Below are positions 37,515 to 47,893 of a stretch of DNA of 64,000 nt, piece by piece. A model generated the notes under the pieces. That model did no database searches. It saw nothing but the letters and a program-made list of their open reading frames with translations, and was not told the origin of the DNA. The first letter of the stretch is position 1, and every line of letters starts with the position of its first letter. The DNA is from Candidatus Bathyarchaeia archaeon. Its GTDB lineage: Archaea > Thermoproteota > Bathyarchaeia > Bathyarchaeales > Bathycorpusculaceae. Position numbers and translations under genes: made by a program. The stretch is taken from assembly GCA_038883655.1 (NCBI GenBank), contig JAVZLQ010000002.1, positions 121,625 through 185,624 of the forward strand, read 5' to 3'.

Positions 37515-39113
37515 GTGAAATTTAACCTTAAACCAATAAAGAAGAAGGCGGAAGCGGAAGCCTTCCAAGAAATGATGCGCGAAGAAGGCGGAATAGTTGA
37601 CGTTTTAGAAACAAAAAAATGGAGCGTTCCAGAAGGCTACGTTGAAGTTGAATATTATCCGTTAAAGCCTCCATTCTCTTACGCCGCAATAATCCAAAAC
37701 GAAGAAACACTTGAGTACCTCTATATCCTTGACGAGTTACCGCTGACAAAGGCTGAACGTGAAAGCTACTTTAGGCTCAGAAACATACTCGAATACGAAC
37801 TGCAAGCCCCCGAAGGCGAAGAAACGCTGGCGGAATCATTTAGAAGACAGATTCCCCAAATACTGGCTAAACACCAAAAAGCGTTTGTCGGCATCTCGCC
37901 TGTTGGAATGCGCAAAGTCATCTACTACCTTGAAAGGGACATAGTTGGTTATGGAAAAATAGATCCGCTAATGTATGATGACTATGTTGAGGACATTGGC
38001 TGCGGCGGTGTCAACAAGCCGATTTTTCTTTGGCATAGAAAGTACGAGAATATAAAGACAAACATTGTTTTCAGAGACGAGCAGGAACTAGACGACTTTA
38101 TAATGCGCGTAGTTCACAAAGCTGGAAAACACGTTAGCATAGCCTTCCCGATAGTTGACGTGACGCTGCCAGAAAAGCATAGACTTGCAGTTTCATTTGG
38201 AAAGGAAACAACACCCTCTGGTACATCTTTTACAATAAGGAAGTTCCGCAAAGACCCATTCACAATAATAGACCTAATAGAAAACGAAACAATAGACGAG
38301 AGCATAGCCGCCTACCTTTGGCTCCTAATGGAAAACAAGATGTCATTGATGATTATTGGAGCTACTGGCGCTGGAAAAACAACAGCCCTAAACGCAATAG
38401 CTTGCCTCATAAAACCAAATCATAAAATAATATCCGTTGAAGAAGTTGCGGAGATAAACCTTCCACATGAAAACTGGACATCAACAATTGCCCGTTCAGG
38501 ATTCGGCGTTGAAAGCGAAGGAGAAATCACGCTCTACGACTTGATCAAGTCTGCTGTTAGGCATCGTCCAGACCTTATAATCGTAGGCGAAATTAGGGGA
38601 GAAGAAGCCTACGTGCTCTTTCAAGCTTTAGCAACTGGACACGGTGGACTATGCACACTACACGCTGAAGACGTGAACACGGCAATTAAAAGGCTTACAC
38701 AACCGCCAATGAACATTCCGCCGTCGATAATTCCATTGATGAACTGTGTAATAACAGTAAAACACGTTAGAACGCCGGTTTTCCTAGAATCTGGAAAGCG
38801 CCTTTCAAGCAGAAAGTTCATAAGCATTTCAGAAATAAAGGATGCGAACAACTTTCAAGAAGTTTTCAGCTGGAACCCGTCCACAGACACCTTTCAAGAG
38901 AGGCTTGCTGAAAGCTACCTGCTGAAGAAGATGGCTACAAGCTTAGACATTCCAGTTGAGAAGCTCGTAGATGAACTTGAGTACCGCAAACGCGTTTTGG
39001 TGCACATGGTTGAGCATAACATTCGCGATTACAGAAGCGTCAACAAAGTCCTAAGCAAATATTACAACAACCCGCAGCTATTCCAAAAGGAGTTTCTAGA
39101 AAAGGGCAGGTGA
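37515..39113 (+). CDS. Type IV pilus assembly ATPase (PilB/ArlI/VirB11 family)
   Basis: TIRKF, GATGAGKTT, RHRPD.IIVGEIRG.EA, TGH, TLHA. Confidence 0.95.
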   Translation: MKFNLKPIKKKAEAEAFQEMMREEGGIVDVLETKKWSVPEGYVEVEYYPLKPPFSYAAIIQNEETLEYLYILDELPLTKAERESYFRLRNILEYELQAPEGEETLAESFRRQIPQILAKHQKAFVGISPVGMRKVIYYLERDIVGYGKIDPLMYDDYVEDIGCGGVNKPIFLWHRKYENIKTNIVFRDEQELDDFIMRVVHKAGKHVSIAFPIVDVTLPEKHRLAVSFGKETTPSGTSFTIRKFRKDPFTIIDLIENETIDESIAAYLWLLMENKMSLMIIGATGAGKTTALNAIACLIKPNHKIISVEEVAEINLPHENWTSTIARSGFGVESEGEITLYDLIKSAVRHRPDLIIVGEIRGEEAYVLFQALATGHGGLCTLHAEDVNTAIKRLTQPPMNIPPSIIPLMNCVITVKHVRTPVFLESGKRLSSRKFISISEIKDANNFQEVFSWNPSTDTFQERLAESYLLKKMATSLDIPVEKLVDELEYRKRVLVHMVEHNIRDYRSVNKVLSKYYNNPQLFQKEFLEKGR

Positions 39114-40627
39114 CCAGTTTGCAAGTGTCAATAAAAAAGCCTAAAATCCTCGGATGGATCTTCAACCTACTTGGCGGAGAAGACGCAAGTGAAATAAACC
39201 GTGAACTTCCGTTCGCTGCCTTGCTCTTCACGCTTTTGGCTGCGAGTGGTGTAACAATTTATGAGAGTTGGAAGAAACTCCGCGACATAGACTTGTTGCC
39301 AATGTTCCGCAAAGAGGCAAAAGAAATTGTTAGACAAGTGGAGGTTTTAGGCTACGATCCACTAACGGTTATGCATAGGAGGGCGGAAAAAACAAAGTCG
39401 AAGAACTATCGTGAATTCCTCTTGGGCTATGTTTCATCGGTTAGAAGTGGAGGAAACATCGTAAACTATCTTAAGAGCAAATTGCGTTCGATTTTTGAAG
39501 TTCAAAGTGCAGCAGCAATACGTTCAATTGAACGATTAGGCACGCTTGTTGAAGCCTACGCAGTAATGTTAATCGTAACATTATGCTCATACATACTCTT
39601 CATAATATTTGCAACAACATCCGTCTTCGAGCCGATGAAGGTAAGTGGCACACCTGGAGTCTCTGCAGAAATCGTTTGCATACTAATATTCTTCGTCACG
39701 CCTACGATTTCCATAATTTTTATGGCATTAGCTCACACAGAAAGAAAAAGCAACCTTATGGAAGTCAAACGGCCGTACTACGCCACAATAATTCCAGTTA
39801 TAGCCGCCTCAAGCCTAATAGCCGCCATACACTTTTTGCCGCAACTCCAATTCTTGGAAAGCCCACAAACTTTTCCCGCTGTTGTAACAGCTTGCCTATT
39901 GGCTGTTTCGATTCCGCCAGCGCTCGTTTACATGGGAATAGCAAAAATGAACTCAGACGCTGAAAACGCCATGCCAAACTTCCTAAGAGACATAACTGAG
40001 TCAAGAAAAATCGGGCTTTCTCCAGAAAAGAGCATAATACACGCTGCAAAACGCAAGGGCTACGGCAAATTCTCAGAAGTGCTAACGCTAATAAGAAGCC
40101 AAATGGAGTGGGGAGTCTCCCTCAAAAAAGTCTTCACAAACATTAAAAAGAAAATCCAAAACTGGCCTGTCCTCGTCAACTTCCTAATCCTCGTCGAAAC
40201 AATAAAGATTGGCGGGGGTTCGGCTGCAGCCCTAGAAATACTGACGGACTATAGCGAAAAGCAGAAGGATGTTGAGGTTAACAAGAAGTCAATGCTTAGA
40301 CCATACGTTTTCCTTGCTTTCATCTGGAGCGTTCTAATCGCCCTAACAACAACAATGGTTGCGTTAACGGTTTATGCGTTAACGCAGATATCTCTTCCAG
40401 GCTCAACAGCCATGCCGCTTGAGGCGATGCAGGAGCAGCTGAACATATTTTCGGTAGGCATAATCTTGCAGTGCTGGCTTTCAGGGTTCTTTGTCGGCAA
40501 GGTTAATGAAGGCACATGTGCCGCTGGGTTCAAATATTCAGCCATGCTTGTGCTGACAGCTTATGTTTCGCTTTTGCTATCGCAGAACCTTCTAGGCGGA
40601 CTGTTCGGAATTGTGCCTGCTGGTTAG
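39110..40627 (+). CDS. Pilus platform protein (PilC/ArlJ/TadC)
   Basis: Two T2SSF-like repeats (ELPFA; MPNFLRD) plus TM helices. Confidence 0.9.
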   Translation: MTSLQVSIKKPKILGWIFNLLGGEDASEINRELPFAALLFTLLAASGVTIYESWKKLRDIDLLPMFRKEAKEIVRQVEVLGYDPLTVMHRRAEKTKSKNYREFLLGYVSSVRSGGNIVNYLKSKLRSIFEVQSAAAIRSIERLGTLVEAYAVMLIVTLCSYILFIIFATTSVFEPMKVSGTPGVSAEIVCILIFFVTPTISIIFMALAHTERKSNLMEVKRPYYATIIPVIAASSLIAAIHFLPQLQFLESPQTFPAVVTACLLAVSIPPALVYMGIAKMNSDAENAMPNFLRDITESRKIGLSPEKSIIHAAKRKGYGKFSEVLTLIRSQMEWGVSLKKVFTNIKKKIQNWPVLVNFLILVETIKIGGGSAAALEILTDYSEKQKDVEVNKKSMLRPYVFLAFIWSVLIALTTTMVALTVYALTQISLPGSTAMPLEAMQEQLNIFSVGIILQCWLSGFFVGKVNEGTCAAGFKYSAMLVLTAYVSLLLSQNLLGGLFGIVPAG

Positions 40628-40652
40628 CTTTAAACCCCAAGGTGATGTTTGA

Positions 40653-41720
40653 ATGCCTACAGCTTCCATCGACACGTTCATCGCATGTTCACTTATGGTT
40701 CTATTAGTGTTGACTGCCATGGCTAACACTTCAAAGCTTCTTTACCCGCACGTGAATGGTGATGACACGGAAAACATAGCTGAAAAGTACAGACAAATTT
40801 CAGAGTACATTCTATTAAGTGCTGGAGAACCATCAGAGTGGGGTAAAAGTGCATTAGTAATTCCGGAAAATTTCGGATTAGCCAAAAGTGATTCAAGCGT
40901 TGCGTTTGATTTGGATGTGGACAAGGTTTCAAGGCTAAACAGCGAGAACGCATACGCATTAAGCTATGCACAAGCCTTTTCAGCCCTCGGCATGCCAGAA
41001 ATCTCATTTAAACTAGAAATTACGCCGATATTTAATACGGCCATAAACCTAACGACAACTTATTCAGCGGCAGATGAAACAACATACCAATTCACTATAG
41101 TAACTGAAAAAAACGGCTTACCAGTTGGGACAGAGCTAAACTATTACGTAATTGCGAGAGACTATTTGGACTCTGGTTTTGCTACAATCGCCAATGGCGA
41201 AGCACAATTAAACATCACAATTCCAAACAGCGTTGAAGGACCAGCCATTCTGGTGGTGTTTGCAAGCGCAATATCATACTCTAGAATCGTCTCTTTTAAG
41301 GTGTACGCGTTTGCGCATAATTCGCTTGAACCGCATCAGAAAGGCACATTTTTGAAACTTAGTCCACTGAACCAAAGCTTATACGTTGCACTCTTAAACC
41401 AGGAAACCAGTTTGTCAGAAGCCTATGCTTTGGCACCCAGCCACTACTCGGTTTTGACGCAGACCTCAAGCGAAAACCAGTTCGCCACATATGCCATTCC
41501 ACAATTTGTAAATGCAAGTCCAATAATCCTCGTTGTCTTAGGATGGAACGCAACAACGTTCTTCGTAGAGTGGACAGTCTACCCGCAGCTGCCACTTCAA
41601 TTTGGCGTGAACTTCCAAAACCCAAGTACGCTTTCTGATGTCTTTGCGTACACGTACATTGTTACTGTAAATTCGGCACTTTACGAGTGTAAGGTCTGGC
41701 TTGGAGGACCAAGGGATTGA
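40653..41720 (+). CDS. Pilus-associated secreted protein
   Basis: SIDTFIA plus hydrophobic helix; G.P.EW motif. Confidence 0.7.
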   Translation: MPTASIDTFIACSLMVLLVLTAMANTSKLLYPHVNGDDTENIAEKYRQISEYILLSAGEPSEWGKSALVIPENFGLAKSDSSVAFDLDVDKVSRLNSENAYALSYAQAFSALGMPEISFKLEITPIFNTAINLTTTYSAADETTYQFTIVTEKNGLPVGTELNYYVIARDYLDSGFATIANGEAQLNITIPNSVEGPAILVVFASAISYSRIVSFKVYAFAHNSLEPHQKGTFLKLSPLNQSLYVALLNQETSLSEAYALAPSHYSVLTQTSSENQFATYAIPQFVNASPIILVVLGWNATTFFVEWTVYPQLPLQFGVNFQNPSTLSDVFAYTYIVTVNSALYECKVWLGGPRD

Positions 41721-42139
41721 GAAGAGCGAACAAGGGGCAGATAAGAATAATTGAGGCGTTCCTAGCCGTAATTATAGTTTTTTCTGCTTTTGCTGTTTCC
41801 GGAAATCTTCCACAAAACCAGAAAGTGACAAGAAAAGAGGATTTAGTTTCGGTTGGGCTTAACGCGCTGTTGCAATTGGATTCCGACGGCTTTTTGGGCA
41901 GATGTATCGACAACGCTGAATGGTCTAGACTTCGAGAAGCCTTAGGCTTACTATTGCCAAGTGGTGTTGCATTCAATTTGACGGTATACAACGGCACAAT
42001 GCAAAAGGTTAACTCTGAAACGATTGCCAACAGCGGGCTGAACAGCCAAAAAACAACATTCGTCGAATACATATGCGCAAGCCAAAACGTAACCTTCCAT
42101 TGTTACATTTTACACTTGTATTTGGCGGTGGTTGCATGA
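41717..42139 (+). CDS. Minor pilin
   Basis: KG/QIRIIEAFLA class III signal. Confidence 0.8.
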   Translation: MRRANKGQIRIIEAFLAVIIVFSAFAVSGNLPQNQKVTRKEDLVSVGLNALLQLDSDGFLGRCIDNAEWSRLREALGLLLPSGVAFNLTVYNGTMQKVNSETIANSGLNSQKTTFVEYICASQNVTFHCYILHLYLAVVA

Positions 42140-42903
42140 AGGCACATAGACGCAATTTTAGAGAAAACAAGTCTGGACAGCTACTCATAGTTGCTGCTTT
42201 GGCAATAGCCATGCTAATCGCATCCGCTTCAATCTACGTTTACGAGTTGAACGTTGAACAAAACGGTCAAAGCTATTATCAAATAGCAAACTTTGTTCCA
42301 GTTATAAAGCAGTGCACAAAAAATGCCTTGATAAGTTCGCTTGCAAACGTTTCCAATGGCGGCGCAAAAACAGTTTTAGCAACAAACCTCGAGCGGCTCG
42401 CAGGGACCATCAGAGGCCTAAGGCACCAAGCAATTTTCCAGCTTACCTTCAGCTTATATAACAATTCAGATTACGAGTCTGGCGTTAGGCTTCTTTGGGG
42501 CGCCGAAAACTTTGGATTATCAAGCGCCTACGCAAGCTTTACGTTAAACGTTCAAGGCATAGAAAACGTGGAGTTAGACTACACAATAAACGTGACGACA
42601 GCCATACTTGTTGAAGGCTTTTACACGGGAGATGGCAGCGAGAAGAATGTTACAGTGATGTGCCACATTTATAACGAGGGAAAACCAGCCCAAGCAAAGA
42701 ACATAAACCTATTCTATGAAGTGGGCGATGCTTGGGTTCCAGTGGACTCGTTAAACAACATTTTAATGGTGGATTTTGAAAACGGCACATACGCCATATC
42801 ATTTTCAGCCACAATCCCATCGGATGTAGTCCGCGTTTCAACACACATAACAGACATGCGCGATATACTCGTTTACGCCAATGCTACGTGTACCAATGCA
42901 TGA
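42136..42903 (+). CDS. Minor pilin
   Basis: KSG/QLLIVAALAIA; start moved to ATG 42136. Confidence 0.8.
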   Translation: MKAHRRNFRENKSGQLLIVAALAIAMLIASASIYVYELNVEQNGQSYYQIANFVPVIKQCTKNALISSLANVSNGGAKTVLATNLERLAGTIRGLRHQAIFQLTFSLYNNSDYESGVRLLWGAENFGLSSAYASFTLNVQGIENVELDYTINVTTAILVEGFYTGDGSEKNVTVMCHIYNEGKPAQAKNINLFYEVGDAWVPVDSLNNILMVDFENGTYAISFSATIPSDVVRVSTHITDMRDILVYANATCTNA

Positions 42904-42976
42904 ACGCGTAGCCAGGCATTTTCGAGTTCCTTAAATATTTACGGCAACTTATTCTAAACTGCGTGAAGGCTTCGAA

Positions 42977-43663
42977 ATGACAATGCAAGAGTGGCGGAAC
43001 ATCTGCACACTTTTAAAATTGGCTGAAATGGGCGCGCATCGAAGAACAGCAAAAATTTCAACAGAGTACTTAGCCGAAAAACTCGGCACATCCCAGCAAA
43101 CAGCATCAAGATATCTAATAGATTTAGAGCGTAAGGGACTAATCAAAAGAACCATAACACCTGAGGGCTGCCTCATAAAAATGACAGAAAATGGCATAAA
43201 AGAGCTTAAAAAACTATACTCAAACCTACGCTTCCTAATGGAAGCGGCATACCCGCCATCAATAACCTTGGAAGGCGTGCTTTTCACTGGTTTGGGCGAA
43301 GGCGCCTACTACACATCAATAGATCAATATAGAAAACAGTTCATCGAAAAGCTTGGTTTCGACCCATACCCAGGAACGCTCAACCTAAAGCTTACAACAG
43401 ATTACGACATCAAGGCACGTGCCGAACTTGAAGCTTACCCAGCAATTGAAATTGAAGGATTTAAAGATGAAAACCGCACCTATGGACCAGTTAAATGCTA
43501 TCCAGCAATAATACAGAACAAGGTGAAGGGTGCCTTGGTTTCTGCTTTGCGCAGCCATTATGATTCTTCGGTTATAGAAGTTATAGCTCCAGTATTTTTG
43601 AGGAAACACTTAAACCTTAAGGATGGACACAAGGTTAAGGTTGAAATATTAACACTCCCATAG
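42977..43663 (+). CDS. ribK: CTP-dependent riboflavin kinase with N-terminal HTH (RbkR type)
   Basis: SQQTASR HTH; GLGEGAYY, PYPGTLN. Confidence 0.93.
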   Translation: MTMQEWRNICTLLKLAEMGAHRRTAKISTEYLAEKLGTSQQTASRYLIDLERKGLIKRTITPEGCLIKMTENGIKELKKLYSNLRFLMEAAYPPSITLEGVLFTGLGEGAYYTSIDQYRKQFIEKLGFDPYPGTLNLKLTTDYDIKARAELEAYPAIEIEGFKDENRTYGPVKCYPAIIQNKVKGALVSALRSHYDSSVIEVIAPVFLRKHLNLKDGHKVKVEILTLP

Positions 43664-43824
43664 CTGCCAATAGCCTGCTTACTCGGTACATATTAGTTAA
43701 ACTGCCCATGCTGTTTGAGATTTGGTAGCTGTTCCGGCGGAAATCCGCTAAGTTGCCGTGTAAACAATTGCATTTAACGCTAGTGCTTATAGTGTTAATG
43801 TAAGTTCCTTTACTCGAAAGGCGG

Positions 43825-44295
43825 TTATCTCCCATAGTTTTCAATAATTTTTTGTTTAATTTTAGATGAACTGTCCAATTCGCCATCTCCAAACTTGCCA
43901 ATTTTCACAATTTTTATGTTCAGACCCTTCTCCGCCACATATTTTCTTACAGCTTGCTCCATACCAGTAACGTGGCTGTCATGACCAACAGCTATTACAT
44001 CCGGCTTAATTTTTTCAATAACCTTTCCAATATCAAACTCTTCATACCCAAGGATTGCTTCATCAACAACCTTTAAGGATTCAACCAATGCACGACGCTG
44101 GCTTTCGGGCATTATTGGTTTTTTGCCCTTGCGCTTTTCCACGGTGCTGTCTCTTGCGACAATAACTATGAGTTCAGCGTTTTCGCCTCCAGCCTTCTTT
44201 GCCTCTTCAAGAAACCTCACATGGCCTAGATGAAGTAAATCGAATACTCCAGAAGCTAAAACTATTTTCCGCTTTCCCCTGTTCTTGTTTGCCAT
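43825..44295 (-). CDS. ribL: Archaeal FAD synthase
   Basis: GVFDLLHLGH, VARD, SSSKIK. Confidence 0.88.
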   Translation of the reverse strand: MANKNRGKRKIVLASGVFDLLHLGHVRFLEEAKKAGGENAELIVIVARDSTVEKRKGKKPIMPESQRRALVESLKVVDEAILGYEEFDIGKVIEKIKPDVIAVGHDSHVTGMEQAVRKYVAEKGLNIKIVKIGKFGDGELDSSSKIKQKIIENYGR

Positions 44296-44546
44296 TCGAA
44301 TTTCACCGCTCCTAACAGTTTTAACGCGTCAAGCAAGCCTTCACAATAGGCGATAGAAGCTAGGCTTACCTCAAATTTCTTTCTATCTCTATAATACTTT
44401 GCGTCTTCTAAATAGGCTTTGGCAAAATCCAAAACCTTCCTAACACTACTCGCATCAAGATTTACAATATTCTTCGCAACTTCTATCCCGCAGAAAACAT
44501 GCTCAGCGGAAGCAATATACTTAGAAACAAGCTCCTCAAGGCTCAT
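44262..44546 (-). CDS. DUF357 family protein
   Basis: AYLEDAKYY...YCEGLLDA; follows dph5. Confidence 0.88.
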   Translation of the reverse strand: MSLEELVSKYIASAEHVFCGIEVAKNIVNLDASSVRKVLDFAKAYLEDAKYYRDRKKFEVSLASIAYCEGLLDALKLLGAVKFEWQTRTGESGK

Positions 44547-45346
44547 TCAACAAGCCCCCTTACCTCCTCTGGAGCATCAGCCAAGACAATGAGCGCCTCA
44601 GCCTCCATAAAGTGAAGCTTTCCTGGGAAAATAAGGCTGTGCGGCGGTCTTCCAAAATCATAATTTATAATTTCCTTCAAGAAGCCAGCCTTTACAACTG
44701 GATCATCACTTCCAGCCCTTGCCACGCCAACAACAAGTGTATCGCCAACAATTACTCCTAGATCTCGCTTCTTTTCGATTTTCAAGAGTAAACTTAATGC
44801 TTCGTTTATGCTTAGGTAACGCTCATCCTCAACGTTTATATCAAGTAAGCAGAGCGTATGTAGCCCCAACCCTTTATTTTGGTTTATAACTTCATATGGC
44901 GTTTCGGAAATCGTCTCGCTCGGGAAGGGTATTGTGACGCTTTTCCCAAACTTGTAATTGTGCAAGCCAGACAAGCCAATAACCGCGGAAATTATTGACG
45001 CACCATGTATTATGCGTGTGCTTATTCCTAACTTTTCAGCATGAATTCTCAAAGTAACATGTGTAGTAGCTATAAGCGGGTCACCAGGAACAAGAAGAAC
45101 AACCTTGCCATCTCTTGCAGCCTTCAAAATTTTTTCTCCACTTTCATCTTCAAGCTCCTTTCGGGAAACAACATGAAGGTTCTTTCCAGAAATTTCTTCA
45201 AGACGCCTAATGGAAAAGTTCGGCATAATACTCGTGTAAAGCTCTATGAAGACCTTATCCGCCATCCTAACCTCTTCCAAACCGCGTAGGCTTATGCCCA
45301 ACTCGTCATTTAAACCAAGTCCAACAAAGACTATTTCGCCAACCAA
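44543..45346 (-). CDS. dph5: Diphthine synthase
   Basis: GDPLIATTH, YKFGKSVTI, GLHTLCLLDI, PPHSLI. Confidence 0.95.
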   Translation of the reverse strand: MVGEIVFVGLGLNDELGISLRGLEEVRMADKVFIELYTSIMPNFSIRRLEEISGKNLHVVSRKELEDESGEKILKAARDGKVVLLVPGDPLIATTHVTLRIHAEKLGISTRIIHGASIISAVIGLSGLHNYKFGKSVTIPFPSETISETPYEVINQNKGLGLHTLCLLDINVEDERYLSINEALSLLLKIEKKRDLGVIVGDTLVVGVARAGSDDPVVKAGFLKEIINYDFGRPPHSLIFPGKLHFMEAEALIVLADAPEEVRGLVE

Positions 45347-45436
45347 GCTAACTCCTTCCCAAACACCATTAAAGCAACAATTAAACTTAAAACCATTAAC
45401 GTTCTAAACTTAAAAGACATAAACAGAGGGAGTGAA

Positions 45437-46258
45437 ATGAAAGTTTTTATATCCGCCGACATGGAAGGCGTTGCCGGCGTAGTTCACGAAGAGCATGTCA
45501 TGCGTGACGGAAAAGAACATGAAAGGGCGAGAAGACTTATGACGCAAGAGGTCAACGCTGCAATTGAAGGCGCGCTGGAAGCTGGAGCAAAGGCAATAGT
45601 TGTAAACGATTCTCACGGCACAATGCGAAACATAATACCAGAAGAACTCCACGAAGCAGCAGAACTTGTCACAGGCTCGCCAAAGCCCTTATCCATGATG
45701 CAAGGCATAGACGAAACATTCAACGCAGCATTCTTCATAGGCTATCATGCCATGGCAAGCGGCTTTCCAACAATAATGGGACACACATATCACGGAAGGG
45801 TCGTCTACAATGTTAAAGTCAACAACAGAGTAATGGGCGAAACTGGCATAAACGCGGCTGTAGCTGGCTACTACAACGTTCCATTGGTCCTTGTAACAGG
45901 CGACGAAACAGTGACGAAGGAAGCAGCAGAAATCCTTGGAAAGGTTAAAACAGTAGCTGTGAAAAAGGCTTATGGAAGATTTGCAGCCCAATGTTTATCC
46001 CCAACCAAAGCGCGAAAACTAATCAAAGAAGCAGCTTGCCAAAGCCTAAAAAACCTAGGCGAATCTAAACCCTTCAAAATAAAGCCGCCAATAACATTCG
46101 AAATAGACCTCATAAACACTGGAATGACCGAAATGGCACTGCTAATCCCAGGAGTAAAACAGGCAGCAAGCCGAACAGTAACCTACACATCAAACGACCT
46201 AATAGAAGCCTTCAAAGCCTTCAGAGCCATAACAACACTAGCAGCCACAACCATCTAA
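45437..46258 (+). CDS. dppA: M55 D-aminopeptidase
   Basis: ISADMEG, DSH, GYH, HT, GE. Confidence 0.93.
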   Translation: MKVFISADMEGVAGVVHEEHVMRDGKEHERARRLMTQEVNAAIEGALEAGAKAIVVNDSHGTMRNIIPEELHEAAELVTGSPKPLSMMQGIDETFNAAFFIGYHAMASGFPTIMGHTYHGRVVYNVKVNNRVMGETGINAAVAGYYNVPLVLVTGDETVTKEAAEILGKVKTVAVKKAYGRFAAQCLSPTKARKLIKEAACQSLKNLGESKPFKIKPPITFEIDLINTGMTEMALLIPGVKQAASRTVTYTSNDLIEAFKAFRAITTLAATTI

Positions 46259-46322
46259 AAGCACAAACCAAAGGCTAAACTTATTAACAACCCCATAAAT
46301 GCATATTCTAGAAAATCCAAAC

Positions 46323-46460
46323 GGGCCCGTAGCTCAGTAAGGTTAGAGCGGCGGACCAAACCGCTGCACGGGATGGGTTGAGGCTCTTAACCCGTAGGTC
46401 CCGGGTTCAAACTTGAAAAGGCAAAGCGCCATCAAGGAACAATTCCCGGCGGGCCCGCCA
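46323..46460 (+). tRNA. tRNA-Lys(CTT) with two non-canonical introns (46355-46382 at 30/31; 46411-46442 at 58/59) and encoded CCA
   Basis: Spliced sequence folds into a full cloverleaf (GGGCCCG acceptor, GCGGG-CTCTTAA-CCCGT, CCGGG-TTCAATT-CCCGG); both introns form BHB-type junctions. Confidence 0.93.
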
Positions 46461-46743
46461 TCTCAAAATTATTTTTCGATTCTGATAGAATTTGGAAATG
46501 TTGTTTATCAGTCATATTTCGTTGTCCGAAAATATTGTTGATATATCTTGCTGAGGTGCGTGTTTTCGGAGAGGGCTTTGAGAGACAAGGAGAGTTTAAG
46601 AAGGAATGATGGTGCCAGAGATTTATCTTCTTTTTCAGAACGTTACACATCTTTCATGCGCTATTTGAAGTTTTGAAGGAAACGGACAAAAAGTATAAGA
46701 AGAAAAGTTGAAGGCAGCAGAATTCCTGCTGTCTTGTTTCATT

Positions 46744-47775
46744 TTATGTGGAACTTGCATATTTTGCGGCGTTCACTGTTTTTTTTAGGAGCAGTTGCGC
46801 AGCTTCTTGTGTTGGCCACCCGCCCAGTCCGCAGTCTGGTCCAGTGAAAGTCATTGTTTCTCCAAATTTTTCCTTTGCTTTCTGAAATCGTTTTTTTATG
46901 TTTTCTTCGCTTTCAACAAGCTGTTCGGCAGCTGGCTTAGTTACGCCTCTCTCGTATAGTTCTGCTATGATGTTGTTTATGTCTGTTCTTGATATGCCAA
47001 CTCTTATTTGTTTGCCAGCGTTTTCCAAAAGCCTCTTTGAAACTGCTTCGATGTTTTTTGGTGAAGCAGCATACTCAAGCGAAACGACATCCAAATTTTT
47101 TACTTCAAGCATGTCCGTAATTCTTGAAGGCGAGTGTAAGTGTATCTGCTTTATAGCACCAGTAAAATCAAATGTTTTTTCCATAACCTCCAAGATTATG
47201 TTCTTATCTGCTGAAATTTCCTGAAAGCCAAAACTTGGTTCATCGATTGAGACAACTTCTGTCTTTACGTATTTAGCGTCCAGCATAGCGTTTTTTGCGA
47301 AGCGTTTAACGGTTTCGGCGAACATTAAGAGTATGTCCCTATAAGCCGTTTTTCCAACTATTCTTAGGTATAGCTCCATTGGACCAGTTATGCACACACG
47401 TAACGGTATTTTTCTTCCAAATTCTTCAGAAAGCGCCTTAGCTTCCTCGTTTATTACGTGCACTTCTGGTATTATTGCGTTTTTCACTTCTACCTCGTAA
47501 GTGCCAATCGTCATAGCCTCTATGATAACTTCTGCAAATTGATTGTAGATGTCATAATGTTGAGGATAGTTAATAACATCCAAACCAGTTTGGCACTTTA
47601 TTCTAAAAGAGTCAACTATTACATTATAGAAGTTTTCTCGCAGAAATTCATCCCTTTTTATGTCTTTTCCTTCGCTTATGTCTTTTCTTGCGAGCCTGTA
47701 TGCCCTTTCAAACTGTTCTCTGCTTGTTGTGGATGGAAGCGGAAAGCTTCCTATATCATCAATAAGGGTTTCCAT
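46744..47775 (-). CDS. Single-domain MetE-like methionine synthase (core-MetE family)
   Basis: IGSFP, ITGP, IDEPS, H.H, GPDCGL. Confidence 0.75.
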   Translation of the reverse strand: METLIDDIGSFPLPSTTSREQFERAYRLARKDISEGKDIKRDEFLRENFYNVIVDSFRIKCQTGLDVINYPQHYDIYNQFAEVIIEAMTIGTYEVEVKNAIIPEVHVINEEAKALSEEFGRKIPLRVCITGPMELYLRIVGKTAYRDILLMFAETVKRFAKNAMLDAKYVKTEVVSIDEPSFGFQEISADKNIILEVMEKTFDFTGAIKQIHLHSPSRITDMLEVKNLDVVSLEYAASPKNIEAVSKRLLENAGKQIRVGISRTDINNIIAELYERGVTKPAAEQLVESEENIKKRFQKAKEKFGETMTFTGPDCGLGGWPTQEAAQLLLKKTVNAAKYASST

Positions 47776-47893
47776 GGGTAAATGAGTGTTTGCAAGCCTA
47801 ATTTAAAACTAACTTTTTATGCAAATATGCGGGGCGCTTTAAAGCGTAAGAAATATAAGTTAGCTTTGTTCAGTGAGCACATGATGATGTGAA

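Noticed and set aside
43664-43824. ncRNA or FMN riboswitch between ribK and ribL
   Set aside because: The genes are convergent and only a 4-bp hairpin is present; no riboswitch consensus.
46461-46743. att remnant or inserted element downstream of tRNA-Lys
   Set aside because: No duplicated tRNA 3' end or integrase nearby; only one arm-like match (ttctgatag).
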